The notes under the pieces are model-generated. The model saw only the letters and a program-made list of their open reading frames with translations, had not been told where the DNA came from and did not search any database. From positions 96,001-160,000 of the forward strand of contig JBFXLE010000001.1 of the NCBI GenBank assembly GCA_050173015.1: a DNA stretch of 64,000 nucleotides, written 5' to 3'. The position numbers were made by a program, and so were the translations under genes. This stretch comes from Calditrichaceae bacterium. GTDB taxonomy: Bacteria; Calditrichota; Calditrichia; Calditrichales; JBFXGD01. Positions 11,801 through 20,024 of the stretch are shown here, piece by piece (within the stretch, counting starts at the first letter, position 1; the number at the start of each line of letters is the position of its first letter).

Positions 11801-12340
11801 ACGGGTTATTCCTATTTAGATGGAACCAATGGGGATGTTATCCGGCGGATGGTATTATTGAATTGGAATGGCGGAGACGTGGAAGCCGGTGTTTATAACC
11901 AAAATATGCCTGAGGAAGGAACGGTTTTCAGAATTTCTTCTACAAAGCCAAATACTCTTATAGATGAGTTCGCGTTTACCGCGCCGACGACAACCTTTAG
12001 TTCCGCCATCGCGAAATCAGATGTGGACAAGGTCAATGTATTCCCGAATCCTTATTACGCGTTTAATCCATCAGAGCCTAATCGCTTTGAACGCTTTGTA
12101 ACGATTAACCATCTTCCACAGTCGGCAACGGTACGCATATTTACCTTAACCGGAATACAGGTAAGAAAGCTGGTAAAAAATGATAACACACAATTCCTTC
12201 GCTGGAATTTAACTAATGAATCTGATATACCGGTTGCCAGCGGAATATATATCGCGCATGTGGATATGCCGGCACTTGGTAAGACCAAAGTGCTCAAAAT
12301 ATTTATTATCATGAGTCAGGAAATGTTGAAATTTTATTAG
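8888..12340 (+). CDS. Large secreted acidic protein with T9SS type A-like C-terminal sorting domain
   Basis: Signal peptide after an AAGGAG RBS (ATG 8888). Contains an FN3-like FEGYNVY..YYFAVTAY segment and a C-terminal VNVFPNPY..IFTL.G..V..W.L.N....VASGIY CTD. Confidence 0.82.
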   Translation: MFKINISLAIGLIAGVFILMSAPVSNAAESSKDKHKIVNIYKPGADKSTRTLSNISNWSYWIYHTGKSALDPNGNSGGIYPRGTAGVIFQDGIVWGGYVRDPGTMIPLRVGGQTYNIGTTPGWIKEDGTAVSADDPRARIYRIRSDWETLTVEQVRQDAGELNQKRAEDVTETEAQAVIDQYALDWNEWPVDLGAPVDENGNPGIADADQVIWFVVNDLTEANTLNLYGSPPIGIELQITMWAYNQPTSTLGQLLFKKFKFINRSGFFIDSMFVCQWSDPDLGSAADDLAGCDIERSLGYAYNGFRTDGDFTAFGLAPAAVGYDFFQGPIVQGVAGEDKNMNGIDDAEDSAVFDLKRKEGFINLPMTSFFFFAAGSPISDPDLGDYESTKEFYNMLNGFTPTNDLNNPTPYIVGSGISKGEATKFPLSGDPFLGTGDLDATGGNLPAGDRRLGLVSGPFTMAPGDTQEVVVAVVGGIILQSGGDNRNAVAQLKLNDDFAQFIYNNLFQGIPKPPSNPIVKTTPLESKIVLNWGFDTARVQDTEQDDPILGFDFEGYNVYQLPGPSSSKDQATLIATFDKVNGIQIIRAKQFLASFGDVVEIPVQKGTDSGLQRYFVLEKDYINDEPLYAGNTYYFAVTAYNYNDDPTVPEPTLESPLSGIAVIPQPTLPGVRYEGSPGGDVTVDHPSGASDGIVHVSVIDPAAVNGHQYKVFFTEDTDTNSATFGELFWNVMDMTDNKMVVENQIQVASLEETQTQPIFDGIQVKVTGPALNFKNFETVANANGVLDPPDGAAADFQDFPSLRPSDAQQVGDGHWMIHTGEAPDGSRGSYSAFISRVTQSGARWPLIIPNDFEIRFKPGGKGLIPAAFGTGPQALIDMPFELWNIGSGTPDDPSDDYRLFPYVLDVDENGAYNLLDQPTLDGLGFGDRADHSASGANNDPYTDWFYWVIPEDESPGESGYNTLLSQIEADVTGYSYLDGTNGDVIRRMVLLNWNGGDVEAGVYNQNMPEEGTVFRISSTKPNTLIDEFAFTAPTTTFSSAIAKSDVDKVNVFPNPYYAFNPSEPNRFERFVTINHLPQSATVRIFTLTGIQVRKLVKNDNTQFLRWNLTNESDIPVASGIYIAHVDMPALGKTKVLKIFIIMSQEMLKFY

Positions 12341-12384
12341 GATCACCTGATTTGTGAAAAATAATTACCAAAGCGAGGGAGACA

Positions 12385-13428
12385 ATGATGAACTATAGAT
12401 ATTTTACGAAATGGTTGATTGTTCCGGTCGTCCTGATAGGATTTCTGGTAACACCCGGAATTTCCGGAGATGATGCAAGGATAGGGACTGCAAGCGGTCT
12501 TCAGCTTCAGCTTCCCGTTGGGGCGAGAGACATAGCAATGGGGGGAGCAAATCTGGCGCTTACTTCCGGTGTGGATGCTATCTATTGGAATCCGGCCGGC
12601 TTGCCCAGAATGGAAAGCAGGGTGGGGGCGCAATTCTCAACCATGAGCATTTTTAATGATATAAAAGTGCATTATCTTGGGATCGGGGCAAAGATGGGGA
12701 ACTTCGGAACTGTTGCCTTCAGTATCAAGGCGCTAGATTTTGGTGACATTCCTCTTACGACAAATCAGGATATGGACGGTGCTTCGGGACAGACATTCTC
12801 ACCGACGTTTGTTACAACGGGAGTGACTTATGCCAAAGAGCTTACTTCTGCAGTGAATGTTGGGATTACCGCAAAGGTTATTCTGGAAAGTATTCCAAGC
12901 GCGGATGCCAGCGCTTTTGCGTTCGATATTGGCTTACAGTATGACGATCTGGGAGGCCTGGAAGGGGTTTCATTTGGTGTGGCTATCAAAAATATCGGAA
13001 CCAACATGAGATATGGCGGATCAGGCTTATTAGAGGAAGTACAGGATCCGGCCTCGGGAAGACAGGATTTTCTAAAACGTGAAGCGTCATCGAATCAGCT
13101 TCCCGCTTCTTTTGAAATCGGCGCGGCTTACAAACGGAGTGTAGCGGAAAACAGTAACATTTTACTCAGTTCTTTATTCCAAAACAATAATTTTGGAAAT
13201 GATGAATTCAAAATAGGAGCTGAGTACAACTACTCGAAGTTCGTTTTTCTCAGGGGCGGCTATAATTTTGTCAGTAAAACCGATTCCGATGATCAACTAT
13301 ACACATTTACTCTTGGCGCGGGCCTGAGTTATAAACTAGGTACAACAAATCTGGGTATCGATTACGCGTATCGTGATTCTCAATATTTTGACGCGAATAA
13401 CATTTTTAGTCTGACTGTAGGATTTTAA
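12385..13428 (+). CDS. PorV/PorQ-family outer-membrane beta-barrel (T9SS shuttle/anchor family)
   Basis: L.LPVGARDIAMGGA..A...AIYWNPAGL, FDIG.QY, IKNIG, GAEY...LRGGY, IDYAY and terminal F. Confidence 0.88.
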   Translation: MMNYRYFTKWLIVPVVLIGFLVTPGISGDDARIGTASGLQLQLPVGARDIAMGGANLALTSGVDAIYWNPAGLPRMESRVGAQFSTMSIFNDIKVHYLGIGAKMGNFGTVAFSIKALDFGDIPLTTNQDMDGASGQTFSPTFVTTGVTYAKELTSAVNVGITAKVILESIPSADASAFAFDIGLQYDDLGGLEGVSFGVAIKNIGTNMRYGGSGLLEEVQDPASGRQDFLKREASSNQLPASFEIGAAYKRSVAENSNILLSSLFQNNNFGNDEFKIGAEYNYSKFVFLRGGYNFVSKTDSDDQLYTFTLGAGLSYKLGTTNLGIDYAYRDSQYFDANNIFSLTVGF

Positions 13429-13434
13429 CTAAAG

Positions 13435-13468
13435 CAAAAGGTCAGCAGATTTTCTGCTGACCTTTTTG
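13435..13468 (+). terminator. Intrinsic terminator after the PorV-family gene
   Basis: AAAAGGTCAGCAGA-ttt-TCTGCTGACCTTTTT inverted repeat. Confidence 0.85.
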
Positions 13469-13506
13469 TTGTTTATCCTCACCGGACCATTAAATGGATC
13501 TCTTAC

Positions 13507-14295
13507 ATGATCAGAACAATCATCGTCGATGATGAGGAAAAGAGCCGCAAAATATTGACCGGTATGCTAAAAAAGAATTGCCCGCAGGTCGAAGTTGCAG
13601 CGGGCGCGGATTCAGTGGCAGCCGCTAAGGTTTTAATCAATAAATATAATCCTGATCTGATATTTTTAGATATTATAATGCCTGTTTCAGATGGATTCAC
13701 CCTTCTGGAAGACCTTGGTGACCGAAACCCTGAAATAATATTTATCACTTCCTATCATCAATATGCAATAAAAGCAATAAGGTTCAGCGCTCTGGATTAT
13801 CTTCTCAAGCCCATACATAAAGAAGAGCTGCAAATCGCGGTGAATAAGGTTGAAAAACGCATAAAAGAGCGGGACGCCAGGAAATTGCTTAATGAACGTA
13901 TAACCGTCTTTCTGGAGAATAATTCGGTTGTCGGAATGAATAAAAAAATCGGGTTAGCCACGCAAAGCGGCATATTTTTCGTGAAAATAGGTGATATTGT
14001 CTTATGCAAGGCGGAGGGTAACTATTCAGTTATATTTTTAGCTACCGGGAGAAAAGAAGAAATTGTGGCGCGCACACTCAGGGATTTTGAAGATCTTCTA
14101 TCCGACTATAATTTCTTTAGAATACACCGTTCGTACTTAATAAATTTGCTTCAAATTGTAAAATACAACCGTACCGATTTGTCATCGGCACATCATAGCG
14201 ACGGAGGAAGTGTATTATTGAGCAACAACATGATCCTTCCGGTATCGCGGGACAAACGAAAGCAGCTTCTTGAGAGAATCGCAAAACCGTTTTAG
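13507..14295 (+). CDS. LytTR-family response regulator (copy 2, paralogue of 4380..5168)
   Basis: Receiver domain (IVDDE, FLDIIMP, YLLKP) plus LytTR (AEGNY, FFRIHRSYLIN). Same C-terminal KPF as copy 1. Confidence 0.93.
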   Translation: MIRTIIVDDEEKSRKILTGMLKKNCPQVEVAAGADSVAAAKVLINKYNPDLIFLDIIMPVSDGFTLLEDLGDRNPEIIFITSYHQYAIKAIRFSALDYLLKPIHKEELQIAVNKVEKRIKERDARKLLNERITVFLENNSVVGMNKKIGLATQSGIFFVKIGDIVLCKAEGNYSVIFLATGRKEEIVARTLRDFEDLLSDYNFFRIHRSYLINLLQIVKYNRTDLSSAHHSDGGSVLLSNNMILPVSRDKRKQLLERIAKPF

Positions 14296-14502
14296 AAGAT
14301 CGGATGAAAAATGGAATACGATGTTTATCAAAGCGTATGGTCGCTGGTGAGATGGTTCCCAGCAGGTCATTTAAACAAATGGATAAAGTAACGATTTAAC
14401 AAATGAAATTTTACAATAGTGGAAAGAAATTTTGACTGGAGATGGGACATATCTGAAAATGGTGGAAAAGATTTTAAGACAATGTGCTGATTCATTACAT
14501 CA

Positions 14503-14545
14503 GAAAAAAATAAAGCCGGAAAAGAATTGCTTCAATCCCGGCCTT
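14503..14545 (-). terminator. Probable intrinsic terminator of giant repeat gene 1
   Basis: Minus strand GGCCGGGA..TTCCGGCT followed by TTATTTTTTT. Duplicated at about 19961-20002. Confidence 0.6.
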
Positions 14546-14567
14546 ACTTTCGGGGGCAAACGGGTTA

Positions 14568-17500
14568 CTATTTGATAAAAACCATTTTCTTTATATCACT
14601 AAATTTTTTCGATGTCCCCGGTGTATCCGCCTCGATTCGGTAAATATAGAGTCCGCTCGAAACCTTCACACCGGAGTTGTTTCTTCCGTCCCATAACAAC
14701 TTATATAATCCCGCCTTCTGTGTTCCGTTGACAAGCGTATAGACTTCCTGGCCGAGAACGTTGTATATTTTCAAAGTCACTTTCGAATCGGTAGCCAGCT
14801 GATATTTTATAGTCGTTGTCGGATTGAACGGATTTGGATAATTCTGGCCGAGCATAAATTGTGAGGGTATGGCTATTTCCTGGATAACCGGAGAGTGATA
14901 AGTAATTTGACCGGTTATGGAAACATCAGCCAGACGGTATGAATAGATGCCGCCGGCGGTTACCGATGTGTCGGCATATTCATAAGAATGAGCGACACTT
15001 GAATTACCCTGTCCGGGAATTTTTTCAATAAGACTGTATGAGTAATTTGTTTCATTCACATCAAGTTGACCGTCATTAATTTTTTCCAGTTCTTCAGTCA
15101 GAATAAGTTTCTTCTCGATCATCCAATACGCGTTTTCCAGCTCACTCTCCGTTTCCCACTGAAGAATGACGCGACCATCCTGAGCGCTTGCTTTAAAGGA
15201 AGTGAGGCTGACCGGAAGTGAGGTATCATTCGAATTTGCCACCGGTGTGTTCTCAACACTGGTGTACGCGCTGTAAATCAGGTTACTGGCGATGCTGGCA
15301 TTTTGAAGCCCGGCGGATTGATCGATCACGACGCTCACATTTGAACTGTTGCCGATGGTGACACTCGATGGCACGGTGATAATCAGTGTATCCGGATTGG
15401 TGGCGGTACCTGTTCTGAGTACAACGGCTTCCGCGGCGGTACTGTTGACGGTCACTTTTGAAGTGGCCGGGGTACCCTGTGTAAATGTCGCGTCATCCGG
15501 AAGCAACAGGCTGATGGTGCTGGTGCCCGAAACCAGGCGTCCGAGTGAACCGGTCTGGAAGTCATATTGATACCTGGCGATGGTGGATGGAATCGCCGGG
15601 GAAATAGTGACTGTTAAGTTGGATATGGTCGTTGTCGTGGCCAGCATGGTGTAGGCGGCTGATGTGCCATCCACCGGCTGAACGCTGGTGCGCGCCTTGA
15701 GCGTATAACTTCCAAAAATGGATGGATTCATAATGCCCGCGCCGGCAGCGAAGGCCACACTGACATAATTACTATTGGCAATCGCGTTTGGTACGGTGAT
15801 TGTCACGGTACGTGTGGATGAATTTGTTGTCACCGTTGACGCGGCCGTGTAATTGGTTGGATTGGCAGCCGCTCCGTTGGCAACAGTCACATTGGAGGCC
15901 GTGATGCTGGATGGCACCAAAGTGTTGAACGGAAATGTGATGGTGATCGTACCTGAACCGGCAGAAAGAGCGCCTGAAGCCCCGACCCGGAAATTAATCG
16001 TGTTCTGTGTGGTAGCGTTTACCACATAGGACGTCAGAGTAGCGGTAATCCCGGTGACAGGTCCGGTGCTTGAAATCGCGTAAGAGTTGGATGTGATGTT
16101 GGTTGGTTCAGCGGAAGTCTTTACTTGTAAAGTATAGGTTTCCTCAACCGGATTGGTAATCGGTTTTGTGGTTCCATCCAATACGATGGAGAGATTGGCG
16201 TTGTTGCCTATAGTTACACCGGAAGGAACGGTAATGATGACACTTTTTGAACTCACACTGATATTGGAGGCGATCGAAACAGGCGCGCCGGAATTCACAG
16301 AGATGGTGGAGTTATTGTAATTTGTCAGAGTCGTGCTTACTCCTGTGGCAGAACCGTATGTAATCGTGATGGTGCTTGTCCCGGCCAGCAGTCTCCCGTT
16401 TGTCCCGACTTTAAAATTAACCGTGTATGAGGTCGCGGCGGAAGGAACCGCCGAAGCCGGTGTCACATTCGCGGCGGTAACGGTGCTGGTCGTTTGTGTA
16501 ATGCTGTATGTGGGGGATGTGAATGGTCCCGCTTCAGCGGTGGTAATGACTTTGAGTGTGTAACTGCCGACAACTGTCGGATTTATAACACCCATGGCCT
16601 GATTAAGCAGAACCGTTGACGCAGTCAGATTATTGATAGAAACCGGTGTCTTAATGATCAGCGTATTGGTTGAAATTGTCGGATTAACGGTCGGATTGAC
16701 CCCGTTAACCGTTACATCCGTTTTGCTTACGGTCGCGGGAAGACCCGTGTTGGATGGGAATTCAATACGGATCTCATCACCGGCAATCAGGGCCCCGGTA
16801 GAACCGGTGGTAAATTTTACCGAGTATCCGGCGCTGGCGTTCTGAGTGGTCGGTGAAGGAGTGACCGAACTGACAAAAAGCGGCTGGGTCAATAAAATTG
16901 AATAGTTTCCCGACGCGCCGGTTGTATCGGCAAAAGCGTTATCCGATGATGTTTTGACATTGATGTTATATGTTCCCGCGGTACTTCCGTTGGTTAATCC
17001 CGAATTGGACAGAAACTTAACGGTCGCGGCGGTACTGTTTCCGATTGTCAATCCGTTTGGAACGGTTAACTGAACTGCGCCGCCGGCCCCGCTGCTGGTG
17101 ACTGATAAATTATCACAGGGCGTGGCGTTCACTTCAACGGTACTCGCTGTCATGGAAGCCGGTACAATGGTGCCGCTATCAAAATCGATAGTGATGGTGC
17201 TGGATCCCGCCGCGGTACCGCCGGCTAATTTACCGGTTGCTGATGTGGTAAATCCAATGGTGTAAACACTGTTTGACGCGTTGATGACCGCCGGGCTTGC
17301 CGACGCGGTCAGCCCGGTGACCTGACCTGTTCCGCTGCTGATGGTATAAGCGGATGAGGTAACCGGAATTTCATCGGTACTGGTGCTCATTGTAACTTTG
17401 TAAAAACTGGCGCTCGGAACAACCGGATTGACAATATTGGCTAACTCAGAAATGTAGATGTCAAATCCACCGCTCACTACTCTGGATCTTACAGCTGCGG

Positions 17501-19487
17501 TGACAGTTCTGCTTGCCGGGTCTGATGAAACGGAATGTGCAGCTATACCATTTATACTAACATAATTTTCGTTAATGGTTGATGGTAGAACCGTTCCTTC
17601 GGGGAAAATGATGTTTACGTAATCTCTATAAGTAAAATTGAATATTTCCCAAACATCAAGGTTTGCAGTGGTAACAATTGAAAAGGTATAAGCGGATACC
17701 TTATTCACGGTAGGAGTTGAAACAGTAACTGAAGATATGGTGATAGCGGTTCCCCCAATATTAAAATCTGCCGACACTACATCAGTCGGCTCCACACTTG
17801 TCTTTACAAGTATGTTATAGTTTTTGGACGTATTGGGATTTCTAACTGGATCGGAACCTGTCCCTCCGATAAAAAGAACCACATTGTCCCCATTATTTGT
17901 GAGAACGGTGGAAGGAACGGTAACCTGAATAGTTCCTGCCGCGCTATTTGGAGTGATCAGGTTTGTGGGTATTGCTACGGGTGTACCCTGGGCTACCGTA
18001 ATGGTACTTGCATCATATTCTGACAAAGTTTCGCGTATCTCAAAATTTGGATCATTAAATGTAAGCGTGATTGTACTCTCCCCGGGTTTTAACCGGCCTC
18101 TTGAACCAAGATTAAAGTCAACAGTATAGGCTGAATACGCACGTCTTGTTGCATTTGACGGCGAGACAATCGCCTGGGAAATTGTAGTGGTTGTATTGAA
18201 AACCGCATATGGATTTGACTGGACAACGGTACGGTCTTTACTGGTTTTTAAACCGATGCTGTAGTCTCCGGCAATCGATGGATTCAGATAACCGGCAGAA
18301 CTGTTAAACGCCACGGTGACATCGGTAGAATTACCGATGTTGATTGGTGTGACAATTACCAGGGTATCCTCATCCGTAGCATCAGATTTTTGAACATCAA
18401 TGGCGTAAGCATTGTCGGAAAACCCGCCGCTGATAACGGATATGTTTAATGGTGACAGGTCATTTGGTAAAAAGGTGTTTTGCGGAAATATGACATAAAT
18501 GGAATCCAGGACAGCGCTCAAACCGCCGGAGGAACCGGTGCGGAAATCAAAGATGAAATCACCGCCCTGATTGACCATGGCCGGTTTAGTATCAATTGCC
18601 GTGATGGATAATTGTCCCACCGGGGAAATGGTATATATATTGGATATGACATCCGTGGTTTCGCTGCTGGTTTTTACATTTACCGTATAAGTACCGTCAG
18701 TAGCAGGATTTTTTAAACCGCTTCCGACTGCAAATCTGGCGTCAATTGGGCCGTTATTATCGATGTTAATCGGGGTGGTAACCACGACGGTAGTCCCGGT
18801 TGCGGTAGCCATGGCAGATGTTCCGTTTATCGTCACACCGGATAGCGCACCGGCCGGAACTGTGGTGCCCGCCGGAAAAGTGATGGTGATGGTGCTGGTA
18901 TTTGCGGAAAGCCCGCCTCCGGAACCCGTGGTAAATGATACCAAGTAATCGGCTGATTCCCCGCCGACCGAAGGATTTGGGGTCACCGCCGCGGCGCTAA
19001 CCGTAGAAGTGGATGCGGATATAGTATAGCTGGAATATGTTACAACGCCCTCAATACTGGTTCCGGCATCAAGATTGTAATTACCGGAACTCGATGGATT
19101 CTTTATATTTGCGCTTTCGGCAAATGAAAGAATAATAGTTCCCCTCTGAGCAACATTCACAGGTGTGAGGATAGAAACTTTTTGACCATGTACATTAACC
19201 ACGTTGGCTGTAGTATTATTAACAGTAATTGTAGAAGGGTTGATCGTAGAAGGAACAACTGTATTTGAATTAAACACAACAATGATGCTATCAACATTTG
19301 CAGTGATATTTTTGGGATCCCAAAGAAAAAAACCATTGCCAAGTCTCATAGAAATATCATATTTGGCGTAATTATTTGTTTGATTGGGAGTTACGGTAAC
19401 AGAATTTACCTGAATGGCATGTGCTTTATTAGTGAATAGAAGTGTCACTAATAAGGCCGGTATTATAAATTTTAATTGAGTTTTCAC
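14568..19487 (-). CDS. Giant secreted Ser/Thr/Val-rich surface protein: signal peptide, 10 Ig-like beta-sandwich repeats, LPVxL domain and FlgD-type T9SS CTD (paralogue 1)
   Basis: 1639-aa ORF with GTG start preceded by GGAGG. Ten ~135-aa units (Y.V.F..G..G.L....ITI.FP...NP...G.Y...V.TS), SLPVSLTSF, and QNYPNPFNPTTTI.Y...IYNVLGQEV...WDG.N..G..VSSGLYIY. Confidence 0.88.
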   Translation of the reverse strand: MKTQLKFIIPALLVTLLFTNKAHAIQVNSVTVTPNQTNNYAKYDISMRLGNGFFLWDPKNITANVDSIIVVFNSNTVVPSTINPSTITVNNTTANVVNVHGQKVSILTPVNVAQRGTIILSFAESANIKNPSSSGNYNLDAGTSIEGVVTYSSYTISASTSTVSAAAVTPNPSVGGESADYLVSFTTGSGGGLSANTSTITITFPAGTTVPAGALSGVTINGTSAMATATGTTVVVTTPINIDNNGPIDARFAVGSGLKNPATDGTYTVNVKTSSETTDVISNIYTISPVGQLSITAIDTKPAMVNQGGDFIFDFRTGSSGGLSAVLDSIYVIFPQNTFLPNDLSPLNISVISGGFSDNAYAIDVQKSDATDEDTLVIVTPINIGNSTDVTVAFNSSAGYLNPSIAGDYSIGLKTSKDRTVVQSNPYAVFNTTTTISQAIVSPSNATRRAYSAYTVDFNLGSRGRLKPGESTITLTFNDPNFEIRETLSEYDASTITVAQGTPVAIPTNLITPNSAAGTIQVTVPSTVLTNNGDNVVLFIGGTGSDPVRNPNTSKNYNILVKTSVEPTDVVSADFNIGGTAITISSVTVSTPTVNKVSAYTFSIVTTANLDVWEIFNFTYRDYVNIIFPEGTVLPSTINENYVSINGIAAHSVSSDPASRTVTAAVRSRVVSGGFDIYISELANIVNPVVPSASFYKVTMSTSTDEIPVTSSAYTISSGTGQVTGLTASASPAVINASNSVYTIGFTTSATGKLAGGTAAGSSTITIDFDSGTIVPASMTASTVEVNATPCDNLSVTSSGAGGAVQLTVPNGLTIGNSTAATVKFLSNSGLTNGSTAGTYNINVKTSSDNAFADTTGASGNYSILLTQPLFVSSVTPSPTTQNASAGYSVKFTTGSTGALIAGDEIRIEFPSNTGLPATVSKTDVTVNGVNPTVNPTISTNTLIIKTPVSINNLTASTVLLNQAMGVINPTVVGSYTLKVITTAEAGPFTSPTYSITQTTSTVTAANVTPASAVPSAATSYTVNFKVGTNGRLLAGTSTITITYGSATGVSTTLTNYNNSTISVNSGAPVSIASNISVSSKSVIITVPSGVTIGNNANLSIVLDGTTKPITNPVEETYTLQVKTSAEPTNITSNSYAISSTGPVTGITATLTSYVVNATTQNTINFRVGASGALSAGSGTITITFPFNTLVPSSITASNVTVANGAAANPTNYTAASTVTTNSSTRTVTITVPNAIANSNYVSVAFAAGAGIMNPSIFGSYTLKARTSVQPVDGTSAAYTMLATTTTISNLTVTISPAIPSTIARYQYDFQTGSLGRLVSGTSTISLLLPDDATFTQGTPATSKVTVNSTAAEAVVLRTGTATNPDTLIITVPSSVTIGNSSNVSVVIDQSAGLQNASIASNLIYSAYTSVENTPVANSNDTSLPVSLTSFKASAQDGRVILQWETESELENAYWMIEKKLILTEELEKINDGQLDVNETNYSYSLIEKIPGQGNSSVAHSYEYADTSVTAGGIYSYRLADVSITGQITYHSPVIQEIAIPSQFMLGQNYPNPFNPTTTIKYQLATDSKVTLKIYNVLGQEVYTLVNGTQKAGLYKLLWDGRNNSGVKVSSGLYIYRIEADTPGTSKKFSDIKKMVFIK

Positions 19488-19636
19488 TTTAATTATATCC
19501 TCCCCGATGATATATCTTAATCAATCAAAAAAATGATCAATATACTATAACAAGAAAAAATAGGCTGTTTATCGTGTAGTTTTTATACTCGGTAACGAGA
19601 ACTTAAAAAGTAAGTTTTTTTTTATATTTCATACAC

Positions 19637-19648
19637 AACTGGTCAGTT
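19637..19648. promoter_or_regulatory. Palindromic operator-like site upstream of giant gene 1
   Basis: AACTG-GT-CAGTT, 150 bp upstream of the GTG. Matched at the same distance upstream of gene 2. Confidence 0.5.
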
Positions 19649-19960
19649 TCTTCACAAAATTTTTATTAATATCCTTCGAATGTTAACCATTTTTGACATA
19701 TCCAAAATGATATAAATACAAAAATGCGGCAAATTAGAAAGAGTGTAAAATTTAAAATAAACAGACAGTTGTTTTTTTCCTAATATATTTAGTTAAAAAA
19801 TAATTGGAGTATGATAAACCTTCGAAGTTATGAAATTTTGCTGATAAATCAAAAATATTTGTAGGGCCATATCCAATATCTGAGACAATGGATTCTGCTA
19901 GTATTATTGTTGATACCCTCAGGAGTTCAGACTTTTTGGGATTAGCACCATCTGGTTACG

Positions 19961-20002
19961 GAAAAAATAAAGCCGGAAAAGAATTGCTTCAATCCCGGCC
20001 TT
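19961..20002 (-). terminator. Probable intrinsic terminator of giant repeat gene 2
   Basis: Copy of the 14503-14545 hairpin and T-tract. Confidence 0.6.
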
Positions 20003-20024
20003 ACTTTCGGGGGTAAACTGGTTA

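Noticed and set aside
14296-14500. LytTR-type direct repeats (AACAAATG twice, several NNATGG) downstream of lytTR-2, and AAAAACTTCC twice at 5217/5231
   Set aside because: The spacings are irregular, not the ~21-22 bp period expected for LytTR sites. The 14.3-14.5 kb region also lies between convergent genes.
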